The position numbers and the translations under genes were made by a program. This document shows, piece by piece, positions 1 to 14,810 of a DNA stretch of 64,000 nucleotides (positions within the stretch are counted from its first letter, which is position 1; each line of letters begins with the position of its first letter). The notes under the pieces were generated by a model. That model did not search any database, was not told where the DNA came from, and saw only the letters and a list, made by a program, of their open reading frames with translations. The DNA comes from Octopus sinensis (Eukaryota), in contig NC_043001.1 of the NCBI RefSeq assembly GCF_006345805.1, forward strand, positions 22,196,001 through 22,260,000, given 5' to 3'.

Positions 1-200
1 AGCAGAGATTGAGATTTGCTGGCCACTGCTGGAGGAGTAAAGAACTAGTGATTAATGTGTTGCTGTGAACACCAAATCATGGTGTTACAGCAGCCAGAAG
101 ATCACAGAAGACATATATACAATAGCTTGCAGAAATTGTTGGATGCCAAATTAAGGACCTAAAAACACTAATGGAAGATTGGGAGGTGGAGATAGGTAGT
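1..200 (+). mobile_element. Decayed RTE-type LINE, ORF C-terminal relic (cut by window start)
   Basis: Frame from base 3 reads QRLRFAGHCWRSKE...LL*TPNHG...TYI, the same post-RT motif as the RTE fragment at 62067-62321; contains stops. Confidence 0.7.
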
Positions 201-624
201 CAGGCTGGCCTGGGAAATCAGCCTGACTGGATGATACCTCAATTAAAAAACAAAAAACAGAAATGATGGATTTCTCCCAGTTTCAATCTACCAAATCCAC
301 TCATACAGTTTTAGTTGGCTTGGGGATATAGTAGAAGATATTTTCCCAAGGTGCAATGCAGTGGGATTGAACTCGGTTCCAAGTGATTGGGAAGCAAGAT
401 TCTTAACCACACAGCCATGTCTGATCATTGAAGATGTGTGTTGGGTATTTTGCAGGATTCTATTGACTTCAATAACAGTCATTGGCATCTTGGATCTCTA
501 AGAAATTATAAAAAGATTTGTCAGACTATTTCTTCGTCATTCTAAAAGGTTAAAAAGCAATGCAATGCTTCAGTACTTCATTTGTCATGAAATATAGGTG
601 TGAAAACAGAAAGGCTACTGTACT

Positions 625-1052
625 AAATAGACAATGTGTGGTTAAGAAGCTTGCTTTGCAATCACATGGTTTCAGGTTCAATCCCACAGTGTGGCACCTT
701 GGGCAAGTGTTTTCTACTATAACTCTGAATTTACCAATGAATGCCTTGTGAGTGAGTTTAGTGGACCAAAGTATGTAGAAGCTATTGTGTGTGTGAGTGT
801 GTGTGTGAGTGTGTGTGTGTGAGTGTGTGTGTGTGAGCGTGTGTGTGTGTGTGTGTGTTGGCACCACCACCCCAGCACTTCACAACTGGTGCTGGATTTT
901 TTATGTCACCGTAACGTAGTGGTTCAACAAAAGGGACTGATAAAGTACCAGACTTAACTTCAATATTGGGGTCGATTTATTTAACGATAACCTTTCAAGG
1001 TGGTGCTCCAGTATGGCCAAAGCCCAATGACTGAAACGAGTAAGAGATAACA
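625..1052 (+). mobile_element. tRNA-derived SINE family S1, diverged full-length copy
   Basis: Head tgtgtggttaagaagcttgc...ggttcaatccc...ggcaccttgggcaagtg, central (GT)n and tail tgactgaaacgagtaagag; matches 56778-57205. Confidence 0.85.
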
Positions 1053-1761
1053 GAGACTACTATACATTGCATATTTTAAGTCAACCAATACTTTAACACG
1101 TTGACTAACTGAACCTTGAAGCATAACAACATAAGAACTAAGAAACCGAGAAACGTATTTCCTGTGACTCATCAGGAATATATTTTGAGAAAAGAAAAGA
1201 AAAGAAGAAAAAAAATGATTCATGATCATAGAACATTTGAAGATCGGCTAAAACACGGTGGTCAACAGGACTCAACTAAAGCGTCAGAAAGATTAATCAA
1301 TAAATAAACAACCAAGATATCATTCATTAGTATCCTAATAGATTCAATATGGTGATGCTTCTTATAACAGAAATGTTTAATAACGACAAAGCTTATTATG
1401 TATCACGGATTTATTCAACTGTTATGAACATGCTTGGTCAATCCACAAACGAAAAATGAATAAGTAGGTCAATAATTGATGAGAAGAGAGCGGGCTTTTT
1501 TTCCCTCCCCCACCTCCTTTTAAACGGGTTTTTCTTCACATGTATTTTCATATTGCCGCTAACGAACAATAAGTATCATTGGTTACGAGTTTCTAACAAG
1601 CTAATTACTGGTTTGCAACATTTCTGAATAAGAAAGAGATAAGGGTGTGTCTCTAACTCAATGCACAACTAATATCACAAAGCACTTCCTTGTAAAAGTT
1701 TTTTTTTTTTTCTGTTGTCTCATGTTTACAAACAAGATACATATATACACCTATATACATA

Positions 1762-2275
1762 CCGTAAATCCTCGAGTATAGTCTGCTCTTGTGTATAATA
1801 CGCAGGGGATTTTTAGGGGTTGTACCTCTGAAAAACCTAAACCTTGTGTATAATACGCACTCCTTCTCGAACTTGAGTCAAGGAGGTCTATATAACGTCC
1901 TTGGTTTACTGTATACTGTAACATCCTTTATTATTATTATATATATAACATAATGCAAACGTGTAGCTTTTTTGTGCATTTTGTTTGCAGAAAATAAAGA
2001 AATAACAGAAATAACAGTAATAATGTTTAAAAAATGTTGCTTACTGCAAGTTATGGATGATTCTTTTATGACTTCATTGCTTTCAGGCTTAGCTTAAGGT
2101 TTTTTCGCGCCCGACATCACAAAATGTGTCTGAATAAACATTGCCGGACAGCAAATAGAGACTCGGACATTGCTTAGAAAATATTTTTCATTTTTAACCT
2201 CGTATACTGTACGCACTAGGATTTTGACCTTTAAATTTTTGGAAAAAAATGCAGATTATACGCGAGGATTTACGG
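1762..2275. mobile_element. Tc1/mariner-pogo-type MITE, copy 1
   Basis: TIR CCGTAAATCCTCGAGTATA / TATACGCGAGGATTTACGG, with TA at 1760-61 and 2276-77; second copy at 42258-42766 in opposite orientation. Confidence 0.9.
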
Positions 2276-3539
2276 TATATAAAAGACTTCTGCACAATTT
2301 CCATTTACCAAATTCCTTTGACAAAGTACTGTTCAAATTTAAGGCTAGAGTAGAAAGCACTTGACCAAGGTGCCATGCAGTGGGATTGAACCTAAACCAA
2401 TGTAATTGCAAAGTGAACTTCTGAATCACATAGCCATACCTACATTTATATATTTATATACTTTGGCACCAGCAACATGACCAAATAATTGATCTTTAAA
2501 TTGATATTTCATGAAAAAAAAAAAAGAAAACTTTCTAAACAGTAACAAAAAAAAAAGACTAAGAATATCAAATTTCCTTGCAATTTTCTCATTGATGACA
2601 AATCTTAAACCACAGCTTAGTACCATTGTTTAAAGAATAATTAATTCAGGATATAAATCTGGTGGTTTCATAGCTTTAGAAACAGTGCCAAAATTGCATT
2701 TGACTTTTGAATCTAATTTTATTAAAACCTTTAATAAAAAATTAATTAAAATTAATGGCTTGAGTTTTATGTTTCTCAGACAGAATGCATATGATTTTTA
2801 TTTCTGTTCAATTGCCTGTTAATGTAAACATGCAGTTGACCTTTAAAACTTAATAACATTGTTCATAGCAGTTTCGGTAAATGGTAAGGCATGTATTACG
2901 ACATATCATTTTAATCTATGTTAACCTTAGCTCATCCATCTGCAAGGAAGGGTTAATAAACTTCATACCAGCACAGTCTTTCCTTGCACAGTGCGTCCAA
3001 TTCTCCTATGCCCAGATTTGCTTGCAATTCATTTGTGCTTCACTGTTCCTCTCATTTCTTCCCAGCCTCTGAACATCTTCAATAATTTACTGCTCACACT
3101 GCATCACCATGCAACATCCCACTTTGTACACAAAAATTATACAATCTCCCCTTTCAGAGGGAAAATCCTGTAGCTGATAGGAGAGGTAATAAATAAGCTC
3201 TAAACTTCTTCATTCAATACTTGTTCAGAATACTCTTTACTACAGTTAATTATAATCACGTTTAGGTGAAAGAACCTCTGAAACCTTATGAGCATTTTAA
3301 AGAATTTATTTCATGAATGTCCTTATTAACAATAAAGGCATTGTCACTAGATATGCACTAGATCTGCACTAGATGTGCACTAGTCTTTATTAACAATAAG
3401 GGCATTGTCACTAGATATGCACTAGTCCTGCACATCTACAAAAGACATTTAACAAAAGCAAAGCTTCTGGACTGCCATCAAGATAGGTTTAGAGAGCTTT
3501 TAGAGATACTATAATTGATGCAAATAGAAGTGTACAGTG

Positions 3540-3660
3540 TAGAAGAGTCTAAGCCAGACACCATGCACCAGGAACATGGGAACAAATATTTCTGGGTGGG
3601 TGTCTGCATTGGGGTGGATGGAGTAGGATTACTGTTGGCAGAAAAATGTATAAAGTAAAA
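3540..3660 (+). mobile_element. Ancient LINE AP-endonuclease fragment (RTE-like)
   Basis: 3584-3658 translates KYFWVGVCIGVDGVGLLLAEKCIK*, resembling the APE motif FW.G.....GVG.LL.EK. Confidence 0.55.
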
Positions 3661-3831
3661 TTGTTTGACCCTAGGCCAGCCCTGATTGTTGAAGGGCATT
3701 CCAACCTTAAATATCTTTTTTGTATATCTGTATGTATGCATGTATGATTGTCTACACCTTATGCAGAATCTGACCACTTCTTGTACCTACACTTTAGGTC
3801 CATCATGGCATCTGATATGGCCTTTTAAACC

Positions 3832-3904
<73 letters not shown>

Positions 3905-4163
3905 CGTCTGGGGGAGAGTCATATTGTTTTAATGCCTTATCCAACACACTCACCAGTTCAATTTCCACTCATTTATTATTTATATTTTGCTTCCAAAATT
4001 TTCGTTGCCTTTTGCAACCTAGTCAATGGATGTTGAACATATATATATATATATATATATATATACGTCCATATATATGTATGTTCGTATATGTAAGTAT
4101 AATGTATGTTCTGTATATATATATATATATATAAATATTTGTATTTATGTACCCATCTGGCAT

Positions 4164-4222
4164 ATTCAACTGACGAAGGCAGAGCTTATTGGAAGCCAAG
4201 CCAGAAATCCAGGATCTTGAAT
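4164..4222 (+). ncRNA. Type I hammerhead ribozyme-like motif (variant core)
   Basis: Stem I AUUCAA/UUGAAU; CUGACGA at 4170-76; stem II A-GGC...GCC-A; GAAA at 4204-07; stem III AUCC-A-GGAU; AUC cleavage triplet ends at 4216. Confidence 0.6.
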
Positions 4223-4449
4223 TATCCAGTAAAATCGTTTTTGCTAGTTTATTTTGTCTCTCTGTCTTATCTCATGGTGTGATGTGAACATTTAAGGTGG
4301 TTTTTAGGATCAGGGTTCTGACTGCTATTTTGGCATGGTGGTATCTTTCAGATACCCTTATTTATAGTTTTAAATAATTATTACCTTTGTATGGCATTTA
4401 TTCCCATGCTGGCCACTTGATAAGATCGATATTTAAATATCAATATTAT

Positions 4450-4491
<42 letters not shown>

Positions 4492-5302
4492 AACATGGTC
4501 TGTTTTTCACATTTTTTAGTATGGTATTTTAACATTAAACATTTTTTTCTTTTTTTAATGTTAAAATGCCATAATAAAAACGTGAAAACCAGACCATGTT
4601 TTAACTTTAATCAACTGAGATATTATTCTATACACATGTGCAAAGAAATCATACATTATACACTATAAACACGTTTGCTTAGAATTCAGCATTCACATCT
4701 TATAAAAACATAACAAAGACTGGACGTATGTTTACAGATTTTTGTTCTCATCCTTCCAGTAAATCCTTTTTCACACACACACAGAGGAGTGCTTCTGTGT
4801 CTATATGAGAACACAGATTTAGTGAAAGGATTTAAAAGATTTTCGTCAGCACAAATTGTAATCCCTATGACTCAAGAAAGAATGCGGAGACAAAATAACA
4901 AGGGGGTTAGGGAGTTATATAAGAAGACACGGGGATGCATAATAGCACATCTTTTTACTACCAGTTGAATTCGTTAAAAGTGTCTATGTATAAATCACCC
5001 TGAGGGAAATTCACAAAGGTTTGTTAGTGCATATACACTACATACACATAACCATGCATATATATATATATATATGAGAAAAGCAAAGGGGAGATGGAAA
5101 GAGTTGTGGGTATGGGAAAGCAAAGGATAGGAACAGAAATATAAGGGATTAGAGTATAAGGGGGTAAAAATTAGGTTTGTTCAATGTTGCTGTAAATGAA
5201 ACCGTCTTAGTAGTTAGTTAGCTACCACTTCTCTCATAAAGCAATCCCTGCAGTTTTTAATTCCACCTAAAACCTATTTTCATGGTTCTCAACCAAAGTG
5301 GG

Positions 5303-5314
5303 TGTGGATATGTA

Positions 5315-5362
<48 letters not shown>

Positions 5363-6871
5363 CATACATACATATACGTACATACATATATATAATATAC
5401 ATACATATAGTACATACATATATATAGATATAAAATAAAATAAATAAAGACATATATATATATATACATAAATATACATACATACATATACAGACAACAT
5501 ACATATATACTAAATATATATACATACATACATATACATACATATATATACATATATATACATACATACATATACATACATATATTATAAATACATACAT
5601 ATACATAAACACATAATATATAATACATATAATACATATACATACATTCATATACATACATATACATACATTAGATATATACATACATACATTATATATA
5701 TATACACATACATAAATACATATATATATATACACATACATCATACATATATATATATACACATACATATAAATACATATATATATAACATACATACATA
5801 TATATAGATAAACATACATATAATATATACACATACATATATAATAACAATACATATATATATACACATACATATATAATATATATACACATACATAAAA
5901 ATATATATATTAACACATAAATATATTATATATACACATACATACATATATACATACATTATAGAGATATATATATTACATAAATACAGATAGACATACA
6001 GATATATAGATAATATAAATACATACATAACATACATAAATAAATATATATAATATATAAAATAACATACATATATATATATATATATATAAAATACATA
6101 ATACATATATACATACATACATACATATATATATATAAATACATACATAATATAATATAACATACATACATATATATATATACATACATACATACATATA
6201 TATATATACATACATAATATATATTATTACATCACATACATACATATATATATATACATACATACATACATATATAATATACAGACATACATACATATAT
6301 ATATAAATTACATAAAATATATATATTATATAATAAATACATACATATTTATATATACATACATACATTATATATATATACTACATACATACATATAATA
6401 TATAATACACATACATATATATATATACATACATACATACTATATAGATATAAATACTACATACATATATATATATACATACATACATACATATATATAT
6501 ATACATACATACATACTATATAATATACATACAGACATACATATATATATATATACTACATATATATACATAATATATATATACACATACATATATATAT
6601 ACACATACATATATATATAAAATACATTATCTATACATATAAGATATATATACATATATATATATATTACCTATATATTACATATACATCTATATACATA
6701 CATATATATATACATAATACATATATATATACATAATATCTATATCCCCCAAACATATATATATACATACATTATATATACATATATATATATACATACA
6801 TATACATAATATAAATACATATTATATATACATAAATATATAATATACATACATATATATAATATACATAC

Positions 6872-6902
<31 letters not shown>

Positions 6903-7959
6903 CAACAAATATATTATATATATATACATACATATATATATACATATATATATATACATACATATATATATATACAACAATATATATATATACATACATA
7001 TATATATATAATACATATATATATATACATACATATATATAGATATACATACATACTATAGATATATACATACAATATAATACATACATAATATATATAT
7101 ACATACATATATACATAACATAATATATATAATATCATATATATACACATATATATATATACATATATATATACATACATATATCTATACATACATTTAA
7201 TATACATACATATATATATAGAAATACATATATATATATAATATAAATATATACATATAATATACATTATATATATACATATATATATACAAATATATAT
7301 ATAGACAATATATATATATATATATAATATATATATACATACATATATATATACATAATATATATATACATACATATATATTATACATACATATAATACA
7401 TATACATACCTATACATACATATATATATACATACATATATATAATACATACATATATAATTACAAGAATATACATACATATATATATACATACATATAT
7501 ATATACATATATATATACAATATATAATATACATATATATACATACATAACATATAGACATACATATATATATATACATACATATATATATACATACACT
7601 ATATATAACAAACATAATATATAGATACATACATAGATATATATACATACATATATATAGTATACATACAGAATATATACATAAACTACATAATATATAA
7701 TACATATAGATATGATACATTACATATATACACATACTACTAATATAGATAACATACATACATAGATATATCATACATAACTATATATACATACATATAT
7801 ATATTATACCTACCTATAAAAGACACATAATATATAGAGAGACAGACATAGATATATAAAGACATACAATATATAGGACATACATACATATATATACAAC
7901 AGCCTATATAACATATGAGATAATAATATAGATACATACATATATATATATACATCCAT

Positions 7960-7996
<37 letters not shown>

Positions 7997-8631
7997 ACAT
8001 ACGATATATATATACATACATACATCACTATAAATAACATACATACGATCATAACATACATATATACAGACATACATATATACACATACATATATCTATA
8101 CATACATATATATAATACATATATATATATACATAATATAGATACATAATATATATATAACATATATTAATATACATAATACATATATATATACATACAT
8201 ATATATAATACATATATTCTATACATACATATATATATACATACAAATATATACTATAACATACATATATATATACATACATATATATATACATACATAT
8301 ATATATACATACATATATATATAACATACATATATATATAACATACATATATATATACATACATATATATAACATACATATATATAGACATACATATATA
8401 TATATACATAATATACTACATATATATAATACATACTTATATACATACATATATACATACTATATACATACATACTATACAGACATATCTATATACATAC
8501 ATATATAAATACAATATATATATAACAACATACATATAGATACAGACATACATATATATAACATACATACGACATATATATATACATACATAACATATAT
8601 ATATAAATACATACATATATATAAAATACAT

Positions 8632-8672
<41 letters not shown>

Positions 8673-9262
8673 ACATACATATATATATATATACATACAT
8701 ATATATATATATACATACATATATATATATAGTACATAAATATATATATACTATACATACATATATTATATATACATACATATATATCTATACATACATA
8801 TATAATATATATACATACATATATATATATATAATACATATATATATATACATACATATATATATATACATACATAGATAATATATACATACATATATAT
8901 ATATATACATACCTATATTATATATATATATCATATAGATATATTACATACATATAATATATATACATACATATATATATACATACATATATATATATAT
9001 ACATACATATATATATATACATACATATATATATATAACATACAGATATATATACACTACATATATATATATATACATACATACATATATATCATAAACA
9101 TACATACCTATATATACACATACATACCGATAATATACTACATACATATATATATACATACACATTATCAGATATACATATATATATATACATACATATA
9201 TAATATATACATACATATATATATATACATACATATATATATATATATTTAGATAGATAGAT
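5303..9262. repeat. About 4-kb degenerate (TA)n/(TACA)n compound microsatellite
   Basis: Continuous TA/CA low-complexity sequence ending in (GATA)n near 9250. Confidence 0.97.
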
Positions 9263-9684
9263 AGATAACTGACTTCATATATTTACACTGAAGATACCCA
9301 ATGTAAATAAATATTTTACTTATGAACAGGGTTTGAATTTGTATCTTCAGCTGCTAACAACATCATTTCAGTTTTTAGTCTTTGGCTTGCCATCAAAGTA
9401 GACAAAAAAAAAAACTCACTCCATTCTGAACAGGCTCTGCTCTGGTTTACAAGAAAACCAAGGAGTGCTTAACCTAGAAAGTAATCTAATGCCATTTTTT
9501 TTATTCCCCACCCCGACAAATGCTGCTTTGGCAAGGATGTCTCCATTGGATATTTAATAACATATGGAGTGGAAAAAAAAAAAGGATTTCTGTTAAGTAA
9601 TTCTGGGGGATAAAATGAAAGGAATATAGTTTAGACTGTCATACCATAATGCTTCTTCCTTACTCAGTTTTCTTTGTATTTTAT

Positions 9685-10045
9685 CTTTTACTTGTTTCAG
9701 TCATTGGACAATGGCCATGCTGGAACACCATCTCGAAGGATTTAGTCAAACAAACCAACACCAGGATTATTTTTTAAGTCCAGCATTTATTCTATTAATT
9801 CTTTTGCCAAACTGCTAAGTCATGCAGATGTAAATAAATCAACATTAGTTGTTGTTGGGGGGAGGGACACAAAATTGTACATTTATATATACATGAGACA
9901 GGCTTCTATACAGTTTCCGTCCACCAAATCTACTCACAAGGCTTTGGTGATCCCAGGACTATAGTAAAAGACACTTGCCCAAGGTGCCGTGCAGTGGGAT
10001 GGAACCTAAAACTACATGGTTGCCAAGCGAGCTTGTTAAGCACAC
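9685..10045 (-). mobile_element. SINE S1, diverged copy
   Basis: Reverse-strand tail cttttacttgtttcagtcattgg and head gacacttgcccaaggtgccgtgcagtggg. Confidence 0.8.
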
Positions 10046-10753
10046 AGAATCATTGTTCTACTGTGTCAAAGCCTTGAAATTACAGAGTGGATTGTAACGT
10101 TCGTGCTTTTATGAAAGGCATTGGTGTTATGTATCAAGAGAAGTAATTCCAATTGGGAATTAACACTGAATTGTAATTTGGCTTCAGAAAAATTCCCCAT
10201 CACATGACAGTCTGAGTAATAACGAGTTTCTCTATACTGGCACAATACCATTAATTAGTAAGGAATGGATATAGTCAATTGGAGTGATTCCAGAGAAACA
10301 AAAGGCTAAGTTATGCCCAGCAGGCTTTGAACACAGAATGTAGGGGGATGAAACTAAACATTAAAAGGCATTTAATAGAGTACTAATAATAATTTAATAT
10401 AGTGAGACAAAAGATTTTAAAATTTCTCCTTTAGAGATGAGAAAAGACATTGTGTTAACGACTAATTCTGATTAAGAAAAGAAAGGAAGTTATAATCATT
10501 GGGTTTTAAATTAGATAAGGAATACAGGAGGGAGCTAGTGATCTTCAGTTATATAATGACAGCTCTGGACAAGTTCAGATTTATTGATCCTCATCAGCTA
10601 AGCCTAGTCTTCAGTCTAAATATGTGGAGTTATAGATTCAAAATACTTAGCTTAAAACTTACAAAGAATAGATTTAGGTAGAATTCATTAAAACATGCAG
10701 GAATTGCTTTGTGAGAAGTGATAGGGAACTACTGGTCTCAGAATAACTGGAGA

Positions 10754-10803
<50 letters not shown>

Positions 10804-12426
10804 AAGTATTCAGTTTGAGACCAGACATTTACTTCATAATTCTTGTATGAAAATGATACTGATAGTTCATAAAATTGTGTAAGTAAATCATTGAAAATCA
10901 AAATTAAATTCTTTATTAAGTTAGAAATGTCATTATCATAGAATGTTAATTTTTTTTTTCAACAACAAAGCTTAATTAGAAATGATTGCAACTCATTAAT
11001 AGAACTGAAAGAGTATGGTATTTTTTAAGAATATTTTGAAACCAGCTTACATCTTAAATGCAATATAACCAATGTGACTTCACAAGAACAACTAAAACAG
11101 GATTATGTCTATATACCAGAACAAAACCCATTAGCTGGCAGCAAAATTTTGGTAATTTTCAAATCTGAAACTGGCCCTTAATGCAGTCTCTACAATAAAA
11201 TGGTTTAATCCCCAAGATCAAAATAGTTATTTAGTATACATTTCATACCTAAAGCCCATCTAGTGGATCTGATACATGGAAACTGAAAGAAGCCTATTGT
11301 TTGTTTGTGTGGTGTGTGTGTTTGTGCGTATTCCTGCTTGACACCCAGCATTGGTTTGTTTACATCCCTGTAATTTAGTTGTTTGGCAAAAAGAGACCAA
11401 TTGAATACCAGACTTTAAAAAAAGTACTGCGGGCCAATTTGTTCAACTAAACCCCTTAAGGTGGTATCCCAGTATGACCACAGTCTAAATGAAACAAGTA
11501 CAAAAAATACCTATGAATTTGTAAAATACAAGATTTATTTTTCCTAACACAAATTATGTCTTTACTCCATAGGCGTTTTTTAATAAACTTGCATTTCACC
11601 CTTGCCACTAAAAAAAGGTCCTCATCCCAGATTTGGTTATTTAGATAATATACTTAATACATAGTCGGAAGCCATTTTACACATTAAAAGTCTTTTGATG
11701 TTAATGGAGAATCTGCACAAATAGTAAAAAAATATGCACTTTGTATTTGTTTCCCCAACACAAAAGATGACTCACCATTATATTCATGGCTGTTCACTCA
11801 ACTCTATTCCAATGGATGGACATTCTATACCAGCACACATACATATACATACAAGTGTGCATGTTTGAACATACATAAACACACACTAAATCACATTCCT
11901 CATCTTTATTTTAAGCAAGCTGAATACAACTGAAATGTCATAATCCTAAAAATAAATTAGCTCATTCATTAATTTGCTATTACTCCTGACGAGGGAATAA
12001 TCTCAAGGAATAACCAGCGAACCTGCATTCTCATATAATACAGAAATAAATTGGCAATGAAGTTACTCCCATGTTAAAATTGGTGGTGGTTGAATGGTAT
12101 AATATGCATCTCCTAAACCTTTTTCTTAAATTATTCCATAACCATTATTGTAATTACAGTTTTCGCATTAATTTGGCTTAGACAAGCAGAGCAGTTAGAA
12201 TGTTTGCTACTAAATGTCATTATATATGCTAGAGCTAAACAATTTCTTTCAGCTATGCTCCCTTATTTTTTGTTCCTACCATAAACTTTGTAAAGATTCC
12301 ACAAAAGAGGATAAAACTATAATAACAAAGAATGAAAAATACTAAACAACCTGAGACCCAGATATTGTCTGATTTACTAATATTCCTGCAAAAAAAAAAA
12401 AAAATCACAAATTTCTAGTGTCTTAA

Positions 12427-12646
12427 CCCTTTCGTTACCAACCTGGCTGAAACCGGCTCTGGCTCTGAGTACAAATATCTTGTTTACATAAGTTTTGAAT
12501 TAAAATCTTCCACCAAACCTTAGTCCCAATTTATGTTCCTAACACTAGCTGAATGATAACTAAGTTATTTTGCTAAATTCTTTGTTATATTTAAAGTAAT
12601 TGAAAGAAACACAGATCATCTCAAAATAAATACAATAACGAAAGGG
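12427..12646. mobile_element. piggyBac-like MITE
   Basis: TTAA at 12423-26, then CCCTTTCGTTA ... TAACGAAAGGG; the right TTAA is degenerate (tttt). Confidence 0.7.
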
Positions 12647-12885
12647 TTTTAAGTCTTAAAACTATGTACCTTGAGCCATTACATTGCAGAAAATACCCCT
12701 AGCAAGTAGGGACACTAACAGAAAAATGAGCTGTAATCAAATCCAAAGTACCAGATTAAAAAACAAATAAACACCAGCTCAGAAATTGAGAACTATTCTA
12801 AACTGAAATATATGAATTGGTTTATTAAATCCTTCCAAACTGATATAACCAAATACACATGCAGTTTTAAATACATACACATACT

Positions 12886-13079
12886 CCTTACTCCTTTACT
12901 TGTTTCAGTCATTTGACTGCGGCCATGCTGGAGCACTGCCTTTAGTCGAGGAAATCGACTTATTCTTTGTAAGCCTAGTACTTATTTTATTGGACCCTAT
13001 TGCTGAACTGCTAAGTTACAGGGACCTAAACAACACCATCGGTTGTCAAGCGACGTTGGGGGGGGAGACAAACACACAC

Positions 13080-13138
<59 letters not shown>

Positions 13139-13268
13139 TATATACAATAGGCTTTGGTTGGCCCAAGGCTATAGTAGAAGACACTTGCCCAAGGTGCCAC
13201 GCAGTGGGAATGAACCTGGAACCATGTGGTTGGTAAGCAAGCTACGTACCACACAGCCACTCCTGCAC
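12886..13268 (-). mobile_element. SINE S1 with internal deletions
   Basis: Tail, core, (TA)/(CA) tract and tRNA head all present on the minus strand. Confidence 0.9.
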
Positions 13269-13610
13269 CTATGTTCACACTAATTATAGTTGTCCACAAA
13301 AATTCTGTGATAATTATCATTTATAGATCTCTTGATGACTGTATTTCCCAATACTTGAAGTGCAGTCTCAGGTGAAGCCAAGACATGTAAATGTTTCATT
13401 GGAGTGAGCAGGTGGCACTGCATGCAGGCCAGTTTTTTTTTTTTTTTTTTAGCTTTTTCTCATAGAACTGAGTTTGTTTCTCTTCTATGTCTTCAATTGC
13501 ACTCCAACAACAAGACCAACGTCATCAATAGATGTTGTCAGAGCTCTTCAAAATGGTCTTCAGCTTGTTTTTGAACCCTTTCCAGCAAAGATAACGACTA
13601 TAGTGTAGAT

Positions 13611-13811
13611 CAGTGCTTTTCAACCTTTTTGCTGGAGCGGAACCCCAAGGAAACATTCCACTGGCTCGAGGAACCCATGTGCAATAATTCAATAGTCTTA
13701 TGCACACATATCTGCACAGGAGAATTAAAAATTACTGCCGATTTTAGCAGTTTTGTAACTTCTTGCGGAACCCCTGGACTGTACTGGCGGAACCCTGGTT
13801 GAAAACCACTG
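13611..13811. mobile_element. hAT-type MITE
   Basis: TIR CAGTGCTTTTCAACC / GGTTGAAAACCACTG; perfect 8-bp TSD GTGTAGAT (13603-10, 13812-19). Confidence 0.95.
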
Positions 13812-13896
13812 GTGTAGATAAGGTAAAGAAGATCCTACTGGGGAGACAAGTGTCAAATTTGTGCACCATAAGGCTGAGCCATCTCAGCTGGTGCCT

Positions 13897-14015
13897 CTCT
13901 TTTACTTGTTTCAGTCATTTGACTGTGGCCATGCTGGAGCACCGCCTTTAGTCGAGCAAATCGACCCCAGGACTTATTCTTTTTAAGTCTAGTACTTATT
14001 CTATCGGTCTCTTTT
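13897..14015 (-). mobile_element. SINE S1 3' fragment
   Basis: ttttacttgtttcagtcatttgactgtggccatgctggagcaccgcc... Confidence 0.85.
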
Positions 14016-14577
14016 GGACAAGTGGAGAAATTGCAGAAATGGCAGTATTCTATTACAGACATGATATCTCAATATTTACAAAGTACTAGCCATTTTTTTC
14101 TGGTTCCAGAAGGTTCCTGTGCATAAAATACATTACATTGCTCAAGGTGACCAAAACTGAACGATACCTAGATGTCAAATCTAAGAAACATCTATAGGAC
14201 TGTTTTGACAAGAACCAATGCTTCAATACCTTCAAAGCAGTCTTACAGTACACTTACTCAACACTAGTCATAGACAATCACTGACCCTATGTATAGTTTG
14301 TTTGTACCTTTAACAGGCTCCTCTTTTTTCTTTCAAATTTAGTTTCAACTAATCCTCATCACCAAGCTAGACTGGAAAATGTGTCAGTTTAGACACTGTT
14401 GACCAACCATACCATAGGAAGTACTAGAATACAACTAGCAACAAGAAAACCTCAATATAATTATATATCTATATATATTTAATCATATCAAAGGGAAATG
14501 GAAATTAATTAAAATTTACATTTCCAGTGGTCTAACATGTAAAAAATTTAGTCAAAAAGACTATATATTAGTCATAC

Positions 14578-14810
14578 GATATAGTGTATATTTAAACACA
14601 TAAGGAATCTACTTATAGGAATTCAACATGCTAGAAAGAACAGCTAGGTTCTATAACAACAAAAATTAGGGATAAAATTCGACAGGAACGAATTGAAAAA
14701 TGAAAAACATTTTACCATCTAATTTTTGTGGTTATAGAACCTAACTGTTCTTTCTAGCATGTTGAATTCCTATTAGTGGATTCCTTATGTGTTTAAATAT
14801 ACACTATATC
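14578..14810. mobile_element. Foldback / long-TIR MITE
   Basis: About 92-bp imperfect inverted arms (14578-14669, 14719-14810) with a 49-bp spacer; TSD not resolved. Confidence 0.75.

Noticed and set aside
4780-4970. About 60-codon open frame after a CAG, as a possible host exon
   Set aside because: No recognisable domain, no clear donor site and no partner exons.
5257-9234. Dozens of overlapping MYIY/VCIY-rich ORFs up to 286 aa
   Set aside because: Translations of TA/CA microsatellite, which lacks stops in some frames; no coding signal.
11986-12010. CUGACGA-GGGA-AUAA-UCUC hammerhead-like 5' half
   Set aside because: Followed by AAGGAA instead of GAAA, with no stem I/III partner; at best a dead relic.
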